From positions 11,167 through 75,166 of the forward strand of contig CAJJAP010000001.1 in NCBI GenBank assembly GCA_905182185.1: a stretch of 64,000 nt of DNA. Reading direction: 5' to 3'. This DNA comes from an uncultured Candidatus Poseidoniales archaeon (GTDB lineage Archaea; Thermoplasmatota; Poseidoniia; Poseidoniales; Poseidoniaceae). A model generated the notes under the pieces. It ran no database searches. It worked only from the letters and a program-made list of their open reading frames with translations, and was not told the DNA's origin. Position numbers and translations under genes: made by a program. This document shows, piece by piece, positions 41,701 to 52,982 of the stretch (position 1 is its first letter; the number at the start of each line of letters is the position of its first letter).

Positions 41701-44700
41701 ATGACATTGCCAGAAGTAGACCTTACCAGTATGTCTGGTGATTTCGTTTCACTTAACTTTGAATATTATGCTGATACATTCTTTGGAATCGATTCTGATG
41801 GTACAAGTATTGTTGATGTCAATGACTATGCAGCAATCACTTTAGATTACACCAATAGCGCTGGAAACTTCAGTGCAGTATTAATGGGACAATGGAACGA
41901 TTATAACGAAGATGGATCTTGTAGAGTTGACGATAACAACGATGGTTTTACCAATTCTTCAGAATCCTTTGACAATGTTGAAATTCTTGGCGTTGGAGAT
42001 TCAGGTTCTACTGATGGTTCAGGTGCTAATTACGCTCTCTTCTTCAATACTGATGATTTAGTTAAGACTGCTAATATTGACTTGACTCACATCTATGTCC
42101 TCAATACATCTGATTCAAACAATCAGAATTGGAATTATGAATGTATCTCTTTAGCAGGTTCTACTGCACAAATCAATTTCGAATTCCAATCCGATGACGA
42201 TGGACGAAATGGTATTAATGATGGCTTCAAGGGTGTTGCATTCAACAATATTTCTCTTCAAGAGTATACCTTCTTGGAAGAAGCATCATACACAATGTCT
42301 CGTACAAATGTAGACGCTGAAGATGTATCCACAGATATTATTGCTGCTCATGAATTCACATCAGGTGTATATATGGTGCAAGTGGAAACAATATTTGACA
42401 ATACAACAGTGGGTCAGAATTGGTTTAATGACGACGAAATATCAGTCGCTAATAACAAGAAGAGAGTTATTTTCAACGTTGAATCAGTTGATGTGACTAT
42501 TGGGAAACCAGAAACATTATCGTGTATTTCAGACCAAGCACTCGAGTGTGTAATGCCAATTGATGGTGCTTTAACCCATTCATGGGATATTGTAGTCACA
42601 AATGGTGTTCTTGGAGGAGATTATATCTTTAACATGAACATTGAAGATATTACGGCAGGTTCTACTGCACACACCACTACTGCTGGCCCACAACAAAGTT
42701 TGTCCGCACACCAGCGTATCACTGTAGGGTTCACTCCATGGAATGGATGGCAAGATGGCCACCAATACAATATCAGTTTCTCTGCAGAATTAGCTAATGG
42801 TAACCCGTCAGGTAATGTCCGCTATTTCATTGCAACCTTTGAAAGTAATATCGATGTAGCAATACTGGGAGATACATCTGCTCGTACTACTGCGATAAAG
42901 CAAGACTTGAATCTGTTGGGTATGTCATATACTCAATACAGCATCAATGACTGGGAGACATATTTCGATGCAGGTTGGTTTACTCATTATGACAAGATTA
43001 TTCTACCGTGGCAAGATACACTTGCAGCCAAGGATATAGAAAATGGTGGACGCGGATACTTCCAAAAGATTGGAAGTACTTCTAATCGCCAAATCCTAGA
43101 AGGATTCATGTCTGCGGGTGGAACTGTTCAAGCTCACCTTGGACCTCAAGGAAGCCAAATTTATGGTACTGACCAGGGGTTATCTGGACGTCTACCATTT
43201 GGTTTGGATATCCAAAGTAGAAACACTCCTGAGAGTAAGATTACATACACAGATATGGATCTAGCAGACCCATACCACCCGTTGATGGAAAATATCAATT
43301 CTAATGCATTCCAAGGGTTTGATGCAGAATCCACTGTTGCAGAAGCAGTGCTCAATACCAAGTCGGTTAGTGCGAATGAAGTGCCAGTTACATGTAATGG
43401 ATACATGGAGGATGGAGGATACTTCCAAAGAGTCATCCGTTCCTCCTCAGATATCCAAGATACAGTTCTTGGAGTTTGTTCTTACTATGATGGTGGACTA
43501 ATCGTTACTACAATGGATATTGCAACTGTCTCTGACCGTGCAGATAGTATGACCTTCCCTCTCTTGGGCAACATGCTGTCATACCAAGTAAGTCCATACC
43601 CTGAAGGATTTGGAACACTCGGTAACGGTTTGGAATTGACTATCAATGGAGATACTCCAAATATCGACCCTTCAACTGGAAAGTATGCTGTAAAGTACAT
43701 GAAGAGTGATGCAACGGTTACATTTGGATTTACAACCAGCACTTCATCAACTTTGTCAACAGATTGGATTGTTGATGGACCAACCTCGTGGGATGGTTCA
43801 ACAATGGCAAGTGGAGTTGGACACACTACGGATATGAGTCCAGTAATGCAATTCTGTAAGAATGATTTGTCAAGTGCAACAGGATGTGCACAAGGTGAAC
43901 AATGGAATGTCAAGTTGATGCTACACGATGACGCAGGTCACTCACGTATCATCGATGTCACCGTTGAAACAAACGATGTCTATGCGGATGAATACAGACC
44001 AACAGCAAATGCTGAGATCGACATGCGTCCTGAATATGTAGACCAAGTTGAATTTACTGGAACCAAAACGGTTTCAAGTACCGAATGGGATATTTACAGG
44101 ATAACTCTTGATGATGATGGTGAAACAACAATCCATTTCGATGCAAGTAATTCAAGCGATCAAGATGCTTTGGAAGGAAACGGAATTGAGACTTATCAAT
44201 GGAAGGTTTTGTTTGATGCACCATATGGTGTTGACGACTTTGCATTAGAAGGTCATACATTTGTTCAAAGCGACGCAAGTGATGGTGAATGGGCATATAA
44301 TTTCAAGAATGAAACAGTTGACTCAACTGGTGCAAATGAAAATACCATCCGCATGGAATTAGTGACTTATGATAAGGCGGGTAAGATTTCAGAGAAATTC
44401 CGTATGTTCTTCGTTATCGTTCCAGCCGGATTCGGCGATGAAGAGCCAGTTGTACAACTCGACTCTCCAAATGCTAATTCTCGCGTTGATACAGACACAA
44501 TTACAATCTCTGGGTCTGTTCTAAGTGGTAGTGAGCAAAATGAAGTATATATCGAAACAGCATTTGTTCTTGCAGACTTCAATGAATCATTCGTACAACA
44601 GTACAACAAGAAGATTCTAGGAACTTGGAACAAGACCACATCTGGACTTGGTAATGGTGAAGCATTTGACTTGACATTATCAATGGATGGAATGTATACA

Positions 44701-45405
44701 AACAAATCTCAAGTAATCCTCATTTACATCAAGATCTATGAAGGAATTGGAGATGACCAACGTTGGATTTCTTACAAGCAAATAGAAATCAACTTACCAG
44801 CCTGTCAAGGAACTGAAGCTGACGTCGCTGCAGAAGCGGCTGGCGGAGAGTGGATTCTAGATGCTGATGGTGAATGCCAATGGGATGGTGCTTGGGCATT
44901 CGAGGATGGTGAATGGAAGGCTCCTTCTGATGGCGGCGACAGTTCTGAAACAAGTGGTGAAATGGATATGGCTACAATAGGAATCATTGCGGCTGTAATC
45001 ATCGCTATCCTGGCTGTAACAATGGTAATAATGCGCAAGGGTAGTTCGGATTCAATGGATGACACTTCCAAGGATTTCCACGCTGCTGCTAGCGGATTTG
45101 CTGCAGCACAGTTAGACCCTGTTGAACAATATGTACAACAATTGGTTGCACAAGGATATCCTGAGGAAACTGCACGTCAGTATGCACAACAATATGCAGC
45201 TCAGGCTGGAATCGGTGAAGGTGCTGCAGCAGCAGCGCCAGTTGCCGCAGCACCAGTTGCCGCTGCACCAGTTGCTGCAACTCAAGTTGACCCAGCAGTT
45301 TACCAGCAATATCTACAGCAATTCATGGGCCAAGGATATGATGAGGCTACTGCAGCGCAATATGCACAGCAGTATGCTTTGCAATATGCACAGCAACAAG
45401 GTTGA
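38721..45405 (+). CDS. Giant surface protein with an N-terminal signal/anchor, FG-GAP/VCBS-like repeats, large beta-rich regions, a TM anchor and a Q/A-rich cytoplasmic tail; one frame break near 40900
   Basis: ORFs 38721..40934 and 40897..45405 overlap by 38 nt, and the second frame opens only at 40891. Contains GDFNCDGANDIAMA, GDADQDGDDDVYV and DLNGDNEPDF. The TM helix is IGIIAAVIIAILAVTMVIM. The tail carries AAPVAAAPVAAAPVAA and two QGY[PD]E[EA]TA.QYAQQYA motifs. Confidence 0.75.
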
Positions 45406-45500
45406 GTTTTGCCTTGGGCAAATTCCGATCACTGTATTGAGCGTAAGCGATGAATAATCGGGTGCTTATATTCAATTAGTATGGGCTACGGGGACTGCTC

Positions 45501-46766
45501 ATGGACAAGACTGAGCAGTATACTGTCGCGGATATTTCCTTAGCCCCAAAGGGTGCTTTGAGAGTCGATTGGGCAAGGGCTAGAATGCCAGTATTGGAAG
45601 CGCTACGCGAAGAGGCATTGAAGACAAAACCCCTAGCAGGAATGCGTGTGACAGGATGTCTTCACGTTACCAAAGAAACTGCAATACTAATCGAAACGAT
45701 CGCAGCTGCAGGTGCTGAGATTTCCTGGTCAGGATGTAATCCCCTCTCAACCCAAGATGATGTAGCAGCATGGCTTGCAACTGAAGGATATTCAGTTCAC
45801 GCTTGGCATGGACAATCTGTAGAAGATTTCTATTGGTGTATCGACAAGACTCTTGAATTCAGACCAACATTAACTTTAGATGATGGAGCAGATTTAATCG
45901 TCCGTGTTCATGGAGAGAAGAAAGAGTATGCAGTAGATGTAATCGGTGGTACTGAAGAAACAACCACAGGTGTTCACCGGCTAAGAGCAATGGGAGAGGC
46001 AGGAGACTTGCTTTACCCTGTATTAGCAGTAAACGATGCAATCACAAAGTGGGACTTTGACAATGTCTATGGAACAGGTCAATCCACATTGGATGGAATT
46101 CTTAGAGCAACATCCGTATTGATTGCTGGAAAGACATTCGTTGTCGCAGGTTATGGTCACTGTGGAAGTGGTCTAGCAATGCGTGCAAAGGGAATGGGTG
46201 CAAATGTAGTTATCACAGAAATTGACCCATTAGCAGCACTTAGAGCAGTGATGGATGGTTTCAGAGTAATGAAGATGGACGATGCAGCAGCGATTGGTGA
46301 TATCTTCTGTACTGCTACTGGAATGAAGGACATTATAGTTGAGAGACACTTTGCTTCAATGAAGGATGGTGCAATTATTTCAAACACAGGCCACTATGAT
46401 TGTGAAATAAATATTGAAGATTTGAATAGTCTTTCACAAAGTGTTAGAACCATTAGAAGCGAGAATCAAGAGTACGTCTTAGCGGATGGACGTAAGATAT
46501 ACTTGCTTGCAGAAGGACGTTTAGTAAATCTTGCAGCTGCTGAAGGACATCCGTCAGAAGTAATGGACATGTCATTCGCTAACCAATATCTAGCATTATG
46601 CCGCTTAGCGGCAGAAGCAAAGGACATGGATCCAATTGTTTATGATATATCCAAACAGCAAGACATAGATGTTGCATCAACCAAACTTGCAACCCTTGGA
46701 TTCACTATTGATGAATTAACTCAAGAGCAAATTGTGTATGCAACAGATTACACTGCAGGAACATGA
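45501..46766 (+). CDS. ahcY: Adenosylhomocysteinase
   Basis: Contains EETTTGVHRL and the NAD-binding block VAGYGHCGSGLA. The ~420-aa length is the archaeal-type size. Confidence 0.9.
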   Translation: MDKTEQYTVADISLAPKGALRVDWARARMPVLEALREEALKTKPLAGMRVTGCLHVTKETAILIETIAAAGAEISWSGCNPLSTQDDVAAWLATEGYSVHAWHGQSVEDFYWCIDKTLEFRPTLTLDDGADLIVRVHGEKKEYAVDVIGGTEETTTGVHRLRAMGEAGDLLYPVLAVNDAITKWDFDNVYGTGQSTLDGILRATSVLIAGKTFVVAGYGHCGSGLAMRAKGMGANVVITEIDPLAALRAVMDGFRVMKMDDAAAIGDIFCTATGMKDIIVERHFASMKDGAIISNTGHYDCEINIEDLNSLSQSVRTIRSENQEYVLADGRKIYLLAEGRLVNLAAAEGHPSEVMDMSFANQYLALCRLAAEAKDMDPIVYDISKQQDIDVASTKLATLGFTIDELTQEQIVYATDYTAGT

Positions 46767-46991
46767 ATCTAAGATGTCTCTTCCGCTCATAGCCGGATAG
46801 ACATTTGCGAGAAAATCAATCACTTGGCCAACAGAATATGGCATCAATTGTATGTGTACAGTGTAAGTGGGTCTGAATTACCATTGTACTCCTCCATAAG
46901 TTCTTGAAGGGGTTTCGGATACCCCTTGCGACTTATCCGAAAAATTAATTTAGCGGTATAATACTATTAACCACTATGCAATGCCAGTTAC

Positions 46992-47228
46992 ATGGAAGCA
47001 CAAGCAATGGAACAAGTAAGCTCTGAAAAAGACTGGATAATTACATTAGTTTTAGCTTTCTTAGTGGGCACATTTGGTATTGACCGATTTTATTCTGGTT
47101 CAATTCTTCTAGGTGTGCTCAAGCTTGTCACTTTTGGCGGACTTGGACTTTGGTGGCTCATCGATCTTATCATGCTCGTCACTGGCAGTTACAAAGACGG
47201 AAACGGCAATCCTATCACAACTAAGTGA
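46992..47228 (+). CDS. TM2 domain-containing small membrane protein
   Basis: Contains the TM2 pattern FLVGTFGIDRFYSG...GGLGLWWLIDLI. Confidence 0.7.
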   Translation: MEAQAMEQVSSEKDWIITLVLAFLVGTFGIDRFYSGSILLGVLKLVTFGGLGLWWLIDLIMLVTGSYKDGNGNPITTK

Positions 47229-47436
47229 TTCGAAAGAGACCCCTTCTGAAACGTATACGTTCAAATGTTACACATTGAACTGTAAAGAAAAATATTGAGG
47301 GTTCTCTAACCTTTCAGCACTGAAGAGTTACTCTATTACTCTGGTTTCGTCAAAACATCCATTCAAACCCTTGCATTCAATGGAATTTTGATTGCTGCTG
47401 AATGAGTTTATCAGTTGTGGTGTACATCTTTACTAC

Positions 47437-48117
47437 ATGGGGTGGAAACTTGGAGAAGATGGAAAACCCAAGCGAACCTCTACAATAGAAAACAGGCAAT
47501 GGATTGATTTTGATCCTTCATGGTTCATAGAGAATCTCCCGGAAGGGCGGTTCTTCGAAGGTGTGGACAAATTGGGCATAAGTGTTTTACAAGACTTATA
47601 CGATTACAAAAGAAATCATGTAAACATGTTCGTGGATCCTACGCTTTTATTTAGCTCAAAAAGTTATGAGGATTACGAAGTGATTATGATACAAAGAGTG
47701 GTGGGTAATACCTTCTTGGATTTCAAAGCATATGTGGAATTCTATCGGAGGATTCAGAATCCTCCAGAGGTTTCGGCTATTGCTGAACATTGCTGCATTG
47801 TTCCCGACGCCTCTTATGGGATTGATGTTGATATCTGGACTCAGAGCGTTGGTATTATTGGCGTTGGTTTAGGGTTGAAAAAGGTGACCTGGAGTGATGG
47901 TTTAGTTATTGATGACATGGTCCATGTATCATTTCTTAATTTCGGTGGCTGGTATGAAACGAAGGATTTGTTCTTTTCACGAATCATGGATGCTATTGGC
48001 TTAGATTCAGATCATATTAATAATCTCAATATAGAAGAAATAAAACAGATGTTAGAAGATAAGTTTGAAGGACTTGAACTTGAAGATATCGAGTACGTGT
48101 TGATGAACTTCTACTAG
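47437..48117 (+). CDS. Hypothetical protein
   Basis: The ORF is intact and ATG 47437 (MGWKLGEDG) is preferred over the upstream TTG. No recognisable family. Confidence 0.4.
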   Translation: MGWKLGEDGKPKRTSTIENRQWIDFDPSWFIENLPEGRFFEGVDKLGISVLQDLYDYKRNHVNMFVDPTLLFSSKSYEDYEVIMIQRVVGNTFLDFKAYVEFYRRIQNPPEVSAIAEHCCIVPDASYGIDVDIWTQSVGIIGVGLGLKKVTWSDGLVIDDMVHVSFLNFGGWYETKDLFFSRIMDAIGLDSDHINNLNIEEIKQMLEDKFEGLELEDIEYVLMNFY

Positions 48118-48196
48118 ATTCACTGAAAATAAGAAAGAACATTATGTTTTTATTAGAGTATACTGTGAATGAACTATATCGAATGGATTTGAGAAA

Positions 48197-49243
48197 TCAC
48201 TCTTCCTCAAACTGTTCTAATTGTTCATCTTCGTATTCTTCATCAATGTAACCCATCTCATCTAGATGAGAATCAAAGTCTGGTAATTGAGGTTTCCAAC
48301 CTTGGGGTAATTCCTTTCCAGAATCAATGATTTTTATCATTCTCTCTTGCCATGCAATTGGTTTTCTTTGCATAATGTATAGGTAAAGAACGGATAATCG
48401 TATATCTTCATCGATTATAGTTAATCCAGTTGAAGCTTCAAAATTCATAGCCCTTAACAAATTATAAGCGGGCTTATTTAACAACCCAGTCCATCGTTTT
48501 GCCAGCCTCATTCCAACTAATACAGTCATAAATATCACTAGTGATGTTAAACAAAATCCACCCCATCCCTCACCAAATATTTTGTCGCTTAATACAACTT
48601 CAAGCAAAAGAAATGGCATGGTAGCCATCATGAAGATAAATGTTTCAGAAACAGGGGGTTTTCTCATTTTACTGGTGATTGCACCCCAGCCGTCATGATT
48701 TTTTTCCCACGGATAAAAATAAGTTCCCGAGGTACCTTCCGCAGCAGCCTTTACCAAGTTCATCAAATAGTATAATTTTCCAGTTTGAGATGTTGCAATC
48801 TCCATATTGTTTTCAACAATTGATTTCAACCTAGTGTCTGCTTCACCATATAATCCCATATCGGTTAGAATCGTTGCTTGTTCTACAATGGGTGTAACTT
48901 CATCTGGGGCATGATGTCTACAGTCTTGCCACCATTGCAATGAATCATCAAGTAATCCAAGATTATCTGAAAGGAGTTGTCCACCTCTAACCCACATTTG
49001 CAGTAGCATTGGGTCTAATTGTATGGCTTTACGACATCCATTGAGAGATTTAGCCGCCTGTGCGAGAGTTGGGTTTTTCGTTTCACCTGCGAGTGCAGAA
49101 TCGGAATATAGTACCCATGCATCAACATGTTCAGGATCTAGTTTTGTAGCAGCTTTTGCTTGATCGAAGGCTAATTCAAAATCGCCTTTATCAAATGCTT
49201 CAACCGCATCTAAATAATGGTGTTCTGCACCCATTCTAATCAC
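48197..49243 (-). CDS. TPR-repeat membrane protein
   Basis: The N-terminal half has TPR-like helices (AVEAFDKGDFELAFDQAKAATKLDPEHVDAW...). Two TM helices and an acidic C-terminus follow. It starts 2 nt after the gar1-fusion stop. Confidence 0.55.
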   Translation of the reverse strand: MIRMGAEHHYLDAVEAFDKGDFELAFDQAKAATKLDPEHVDAWVLYSDSALAGETKNPTLAQAAKSLNGCRKAIQLDPMLLQMWVRGGQLLSDNLGLLDDSLQWWQDCRHHAPDEVTPIVEQATILTDMGLYGEADTRLKSIVENNMEIATSQTGKLYYLMNLVKAAAEGTSGTYFYPWEKNHDGWGAITSKMRKPPVSETFIFMMATMPFLLLEVVLSDKIFGEGWGGFCLTSLVIFMTVLVGMRLAKRWTGLLNKPAYNLLRAMNFEASTGLTIIDEDIRLSVLYLYIMQRKPIAWQERMIKIIDSGKELPQGWKPQLPDFDSHLDEMGYIDEEYEDEQLEQFEEE

Positions 49244-49245
49244 AC

Positions 49246-50912
49246 CTAATCTTGAGTTTTATCGTAATTTCGGGGCCGGATATCACTAGGGGCACGGTTA
49301 TGAGCATGCCCATCTTTCTTTCCTTTAGATCTTCTAAACTCAGACGCTTCTGGCTTTCCTCTTGGAGCTGAATCGTCTCTTCTTCCACGTCCAGAATCTC
49401 TTCCACCGTCTCGACCGCCACCATAGCCACCGCCACCGCCGCTACGTCCGGAATCTCTTCCACCGTCTCGACCGCCACCATAGCCACCGCCACCGCCGCT
49501 GCGTCCGGAATCTCTTCCACCGTCTCGACCGCCACCATAGCCACCGCCACCGCCGCTACGTCCAGAATCTCTTCCACCGTCTCGACCGCCACCATAGCCA
49601 CCGCCACCGCCGCTACGTCCAGAATCTCTTCCGCCGTCTCGACCGCCGCCATCTGTAGCCACCGCCACCGCTGCTACGTCCAGAATCTCTTCCACCGTCT
49701 CGACCGCCCCATAGCCACCCCACCGCCGCTGCGTCCGGAATCTCTTCCGCCGCCGCCACCATAGCCGCCACCGCCGCTACGTCCGGAATCTCTTCCGCCG
49801 CCGCCGCCATAGCCACCACCGCCGCTACGTCCGGAATCTCTTCCACCGCCGCCACCATAGCCGCCACCGCCGCTGCGTCCGGAATCTCTTCCAGCCGCCG
49901 CCAGCCATAGCCGCCACCGCCGCTGACGTCCGGAATCTCTTCCGCCGCCGCCGCCATAGCCGCCACCGCCGCTGCGTCCAGAATCTCTTCCAGCGCCGCC
50001 TGAACGAGCCAGACCACATCGATTGCACTCATCTCTTCTTGCGAAGTTATTGTTATGGCATTTAGGACATTCCCAATCTCCGTCCATGCGGTTTTCATTA
50101 CCACCGCTACGGTTATCGGATCCACTGAATCTATCTCTTCCACTATCTCTGCGGTCTCTGTTTCCACCATCTCTTCCACCGCTTCTGTCACTTCTTTGGC
50201 GAGAAGGGCTAGGTGCTCCGCCTTCCTTTTCAAGACCACATCGGTTACATTCTGAACGGAATGAGAAATTACTGTTTTGACATTTAGGACATTCCCAATC
50301 ATTGCTGTTATCTGGACCATCTCGTTGTCCATTGGAACGATTAGAGTCACGTCCACCGTCACGACTTCCACGACGGTCATCACGACCTCTGTTTTCATCA
50401 CGCCCACCTCTTCGCTCATCCCTACCGCCGTATCTTTCATCGCGACGAGAGCTTGAACGACCTGAACTTGGTCGAGGCGCTTCACAGCGGTTACAGTTTT
50501 GACGGAATGAATAATTATTATTTTGACATTGAGGGCAATCCCAATCTTCACTTGGTTGGTGACTTTTATCCTGCCTTCTTTCGTCACGAGTTCCACGATA
50601 TCCATCACGGTCTCCACTTCTTTCAGTGCGTTGGTCGCGGCGTTGGTCACGCTCATTTTGGCGTTCTACGCGAGGTTTTTTAGATCTCACACCAACTTCC
50701 TTTCCAACTAAGGATTCTAAGTCGAGTTTTCTTTCAATATGTGCAACATGAACTAATGGAGAATTAGTGTTTCCTAATACCGAATCTACCTTGCCAATGT
50801 AATCGCCAGTGGCAGCATCAGTGATTATAGATTCAAGCGCAGGTGACGAACCTGTAAATTTGACGAGTAATCCACCTTCGTGGCTCAACGACTCAATAGT
50901 ACCAGTAAACAT
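49246..50912 (-). CDS. gar1: H/ACA RNP protein Gar1 fused to three RanBP2-type zinc fingers and a long GGRDSGRSGGGGY repeat tail; the frame is broken inside the repeats
   Basis: The Gar1 core is MFTGTIESLSHEGGLLVKF...GDYIGKVDSVLGNTNSPLVHVAHIE...LVGKEV. The three fingers match W-x-C-x2-C-x3-N-x6-C-x2-C: DWDCPQCQNNNYSFRQNCNRC, DWECPKCQNSNFSFRSECNRC and DWECPKCHNNNFARRDECNRC. The repeats are spread over ORFs 49674..50930 and 49246..49695. Confidence 0.8.
49375..50000 (-). repeat. G-rich coding tandem repeats (57-nt/19-aa and ~48-nt/16-aa units)
   Basis: The 57-nt unit gaatctcttccaccgtctcgaccgccaccatagccaccgccaccgccgctacgtccg is repeated about 4-5 times (GRSGGGGGYGGGRDGGRDS). Upstream units encode GRDSGRSGGGGYGGGG. 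Confidence 0.85.
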
Positions 50913-50964
50913 GGTATTCCCTAAACACAATGCGGAAGCCCTCCTCCTTTAAGGGGGTCGGTAT

Positions 50965-52920
50965 TCACAAATATTGTTTTCTTTGCCAAAATGCCATTGC
51001 TAATAATGTGATTATCAGCGTTGAAAGCATAGATAGCGAAGGAAGTCCACCTTCTTCAGAAGGTTCTCCATCAACGATTACGGTATCGCTATCGTCCTCA
51101 GCATAAGGATCGGTAATGAACACAGATAAGGTTCCGATAACTCCGGATTCATCAGTAGCAGAAATGATTACATCATATTCAGTTATTCCTTGGCTCATGC
51201 AAGAAGCGATTGAAACATCGATTTCCCAATTAGTTCCAACTTGGGTGAAATCAGTTGTTGAACCACTGCAAAGTGATAGCATTAGGGTCACTTCTTCGCC
51301 ATCAGGGTCAATTACTATACCTTTCAAAGTAAATTTCAATCCACTATCATCCCATGTAGCATTTTCTTGACTAATTCCAGTAATCAATTCTATAACAGGT
51401 GGAGAACTTGATTTTTCAAGACCAAAGTTTAGCATAAAGGAATATGTCAACATATTAGTCGCATCAGCAGTTCCCATTACCATTACCAGACCTGGTCTTA
51501 ATTTTTTGAGTGATAAACCAGTTGTTAATTCATTTGTTGCAACAGTGATTGTTTTTGCATCAGCCATATTATTCGATTGGTGGGCATGAGCTATGATTGT
51601 CATTTCTCCAACCAATCCAGTTGGTGTGATGGTAAATTCTAATTCCTCACTTTGTTCATTCATCGCAGCGCTTGCCGTAAATAGTTGACCAAATGTCCAA
51701 GTTCTAGATAGTTCTGAAGTTTCCCCATATGGGTCGACGAGGTTACATGTTGCTTGTGAAGAACCAGTGCCAACTGATGTGATGATAAATGCCCCATCCT
51801 CATCCATTTGACTTGACCAGCCATCTTCAACAAAGTTACAATCTAATGTCCAACCATGGTTATCACTTGCCCAATTTTCAGTAATGTCTCCATTCACTAC
51901 TACAACGGTACCATCATCAGATAAAGGGATTATCTTGCCTTCATCAGGTGCACTACTGCTCCAGATTGGTATGTCATTATCTTCAACTTCTTGAGTCGTA
52001 AAGTCAACGTATATTTCACGAATTGCCGGGTAGTTGGAATCAGGATATTCAACGTCAATTGTAACTCTCATTCTCCCGTTTGGAAGGTTTTCTACTACTG
52101 GAATTTCAAGTGCATCATTCTGAATACCATCATCCATTGTTGAGAATTCTAACATTCTCAAACCTTGAGTTTGAGGGAATGTCAATACAAAGGATGCATC
52201 GGTGACATTGGTCACATTTAATGCGAGAGTGAAATTTGATACACCTTTGTTAGGTAATTGGTTAAATTCAGCATTATATGTCTCTTCATCGGCAACGAAC
52301 ATACTGATCTCTAAATCATCAGTTGCTGAAACAGGAATTTCGTAGCAACCATTAGATGCTAACAAATTTTGACAATTTCTTTTTTCTTCATGATCAGATG
52401 GAACTAGATTTACTTCATCAAGTTGAATTCCATCCTGAATGAAACTCCAATTATTCCAATCCACACCAGTGCGATGTGCCACTCCTTCTTTCAACCCAAT
52501 TCTTGTATCCATGTCGGCGATACAATCAGGTCCAATCGCTCTGACAGCATCTCTTTCATCAGTACTTAACCATCCGTTACCGCCGCCTGGTACATCTTGA
52601 GAACCTATTAGCTCATCAAGATTTTCTCTAACAGTCGCTGCATTTGAACCGTTTACCCAAGCGTTTGCATAATAATCTGCGGTAGCCCAATCATCAAGGA
52701 TATTGATGCTAAAACTTGCAAAATCATAATCAAATAAATCTTCAAAAGTCAAACCGCTACAGTTAACTTGTCCTACATCATCTTCTCTTGCTTCAACATT
52801 GGGAACAATGTTCTCTTCAAAACTATTATCTTGAATTTGTGTCGGTGAAAATGTCATCATCAGCAATATCGCGCTGAGAATCAATGAAGAAATTTTCAAC
52901 CTAGTGTTACCATCTGCCAT
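50965..52920 (-). CDS. Extracellular protein with an N-terminal signal/anchor and a C-terminal TM helix, function unknown
   Basis: The signal-like N-terminus is ISSLILSAILLMMTF and the C-terminal helix is LSMLSTLIITLLAMAFW. It lies directly downstream of the ABC-2 pair on the same strand. Confidence 0.5.
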   Translation of the reverse strand: MADGNTRLKISSLILSAILLMMTFSPTQIQDNSFEENIVPNVEAREDDVGQVNCSGLTFEDLFDYDFASFSINILDDWATADYYANAWVNGSNAATVRENLDELIGSQDVPGGGNGWLSTDERDAVRAIGPDCIADMDTRIGLKEGVAHRTGVDWNNWSFIQDGIQLDEVNLVPSDHEEKRNCQNLLASNGCYEIPVSATDDLEISMFVADEETYNAEFNQLPNKGVSNFTLALNVTNVTDASFVLTFPQTQGLRMLEFSTMDDGIQNDALEIPVVENLPNGRMRVTIDVEYPDSNYPAIREIYVDFTTQEVEDNDIPIWSSSAPDEGKIIPLSDDGTVVVVNGDITENWASDNHGWTLDCNFVEDGWSSQMDEDGAFIITSVGTGSSQATCNLVDPYGETSELSRTWTFGQLFTASAAMNEQSEELEFTITPTGLVGEMTIIAHAHQSNNMADAKTITVATNELTTGLSLKKLRPGLVMVMGTADATNMLTYSFMLNFGLEKSSSPPVIELITGISQENATWDDSGLKFTLKGIVIDPDGEEVTLMLSLCSGSTTDFTQVGTNWEIDVSIASCMSQGITEYDVIISATDESGVIGTLSVFITDPYAEDDSDTVIVDGEPSEEGGLPSLSMLSTLIITLLAMAFWQRKQYL

Positions 52921-52982
52921 ATCAATTGATACTAGGTGTCATCTAATACACTTGCCCCTTTAGGGGCAGTATTTTACTTATT

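Noticed and set aside
49236-50656. Long ORFs 49236..49652, 49362..49658 (+), 49613..50656, 49825..50028 and several plus-strand ORFs at 50023..50711, overlapping the Gar1-fusion gene
   Set aside because: These are alternative-frame or antisense readings of the G-rich tandem repeats and R/D-rich linkers (AAVAVA..., WRRWKRFR...). Such low-complexity DNA stays open in many frames. Only the frame giving Gar1, the zinc fingers and GGRDSGR makes biological sense.
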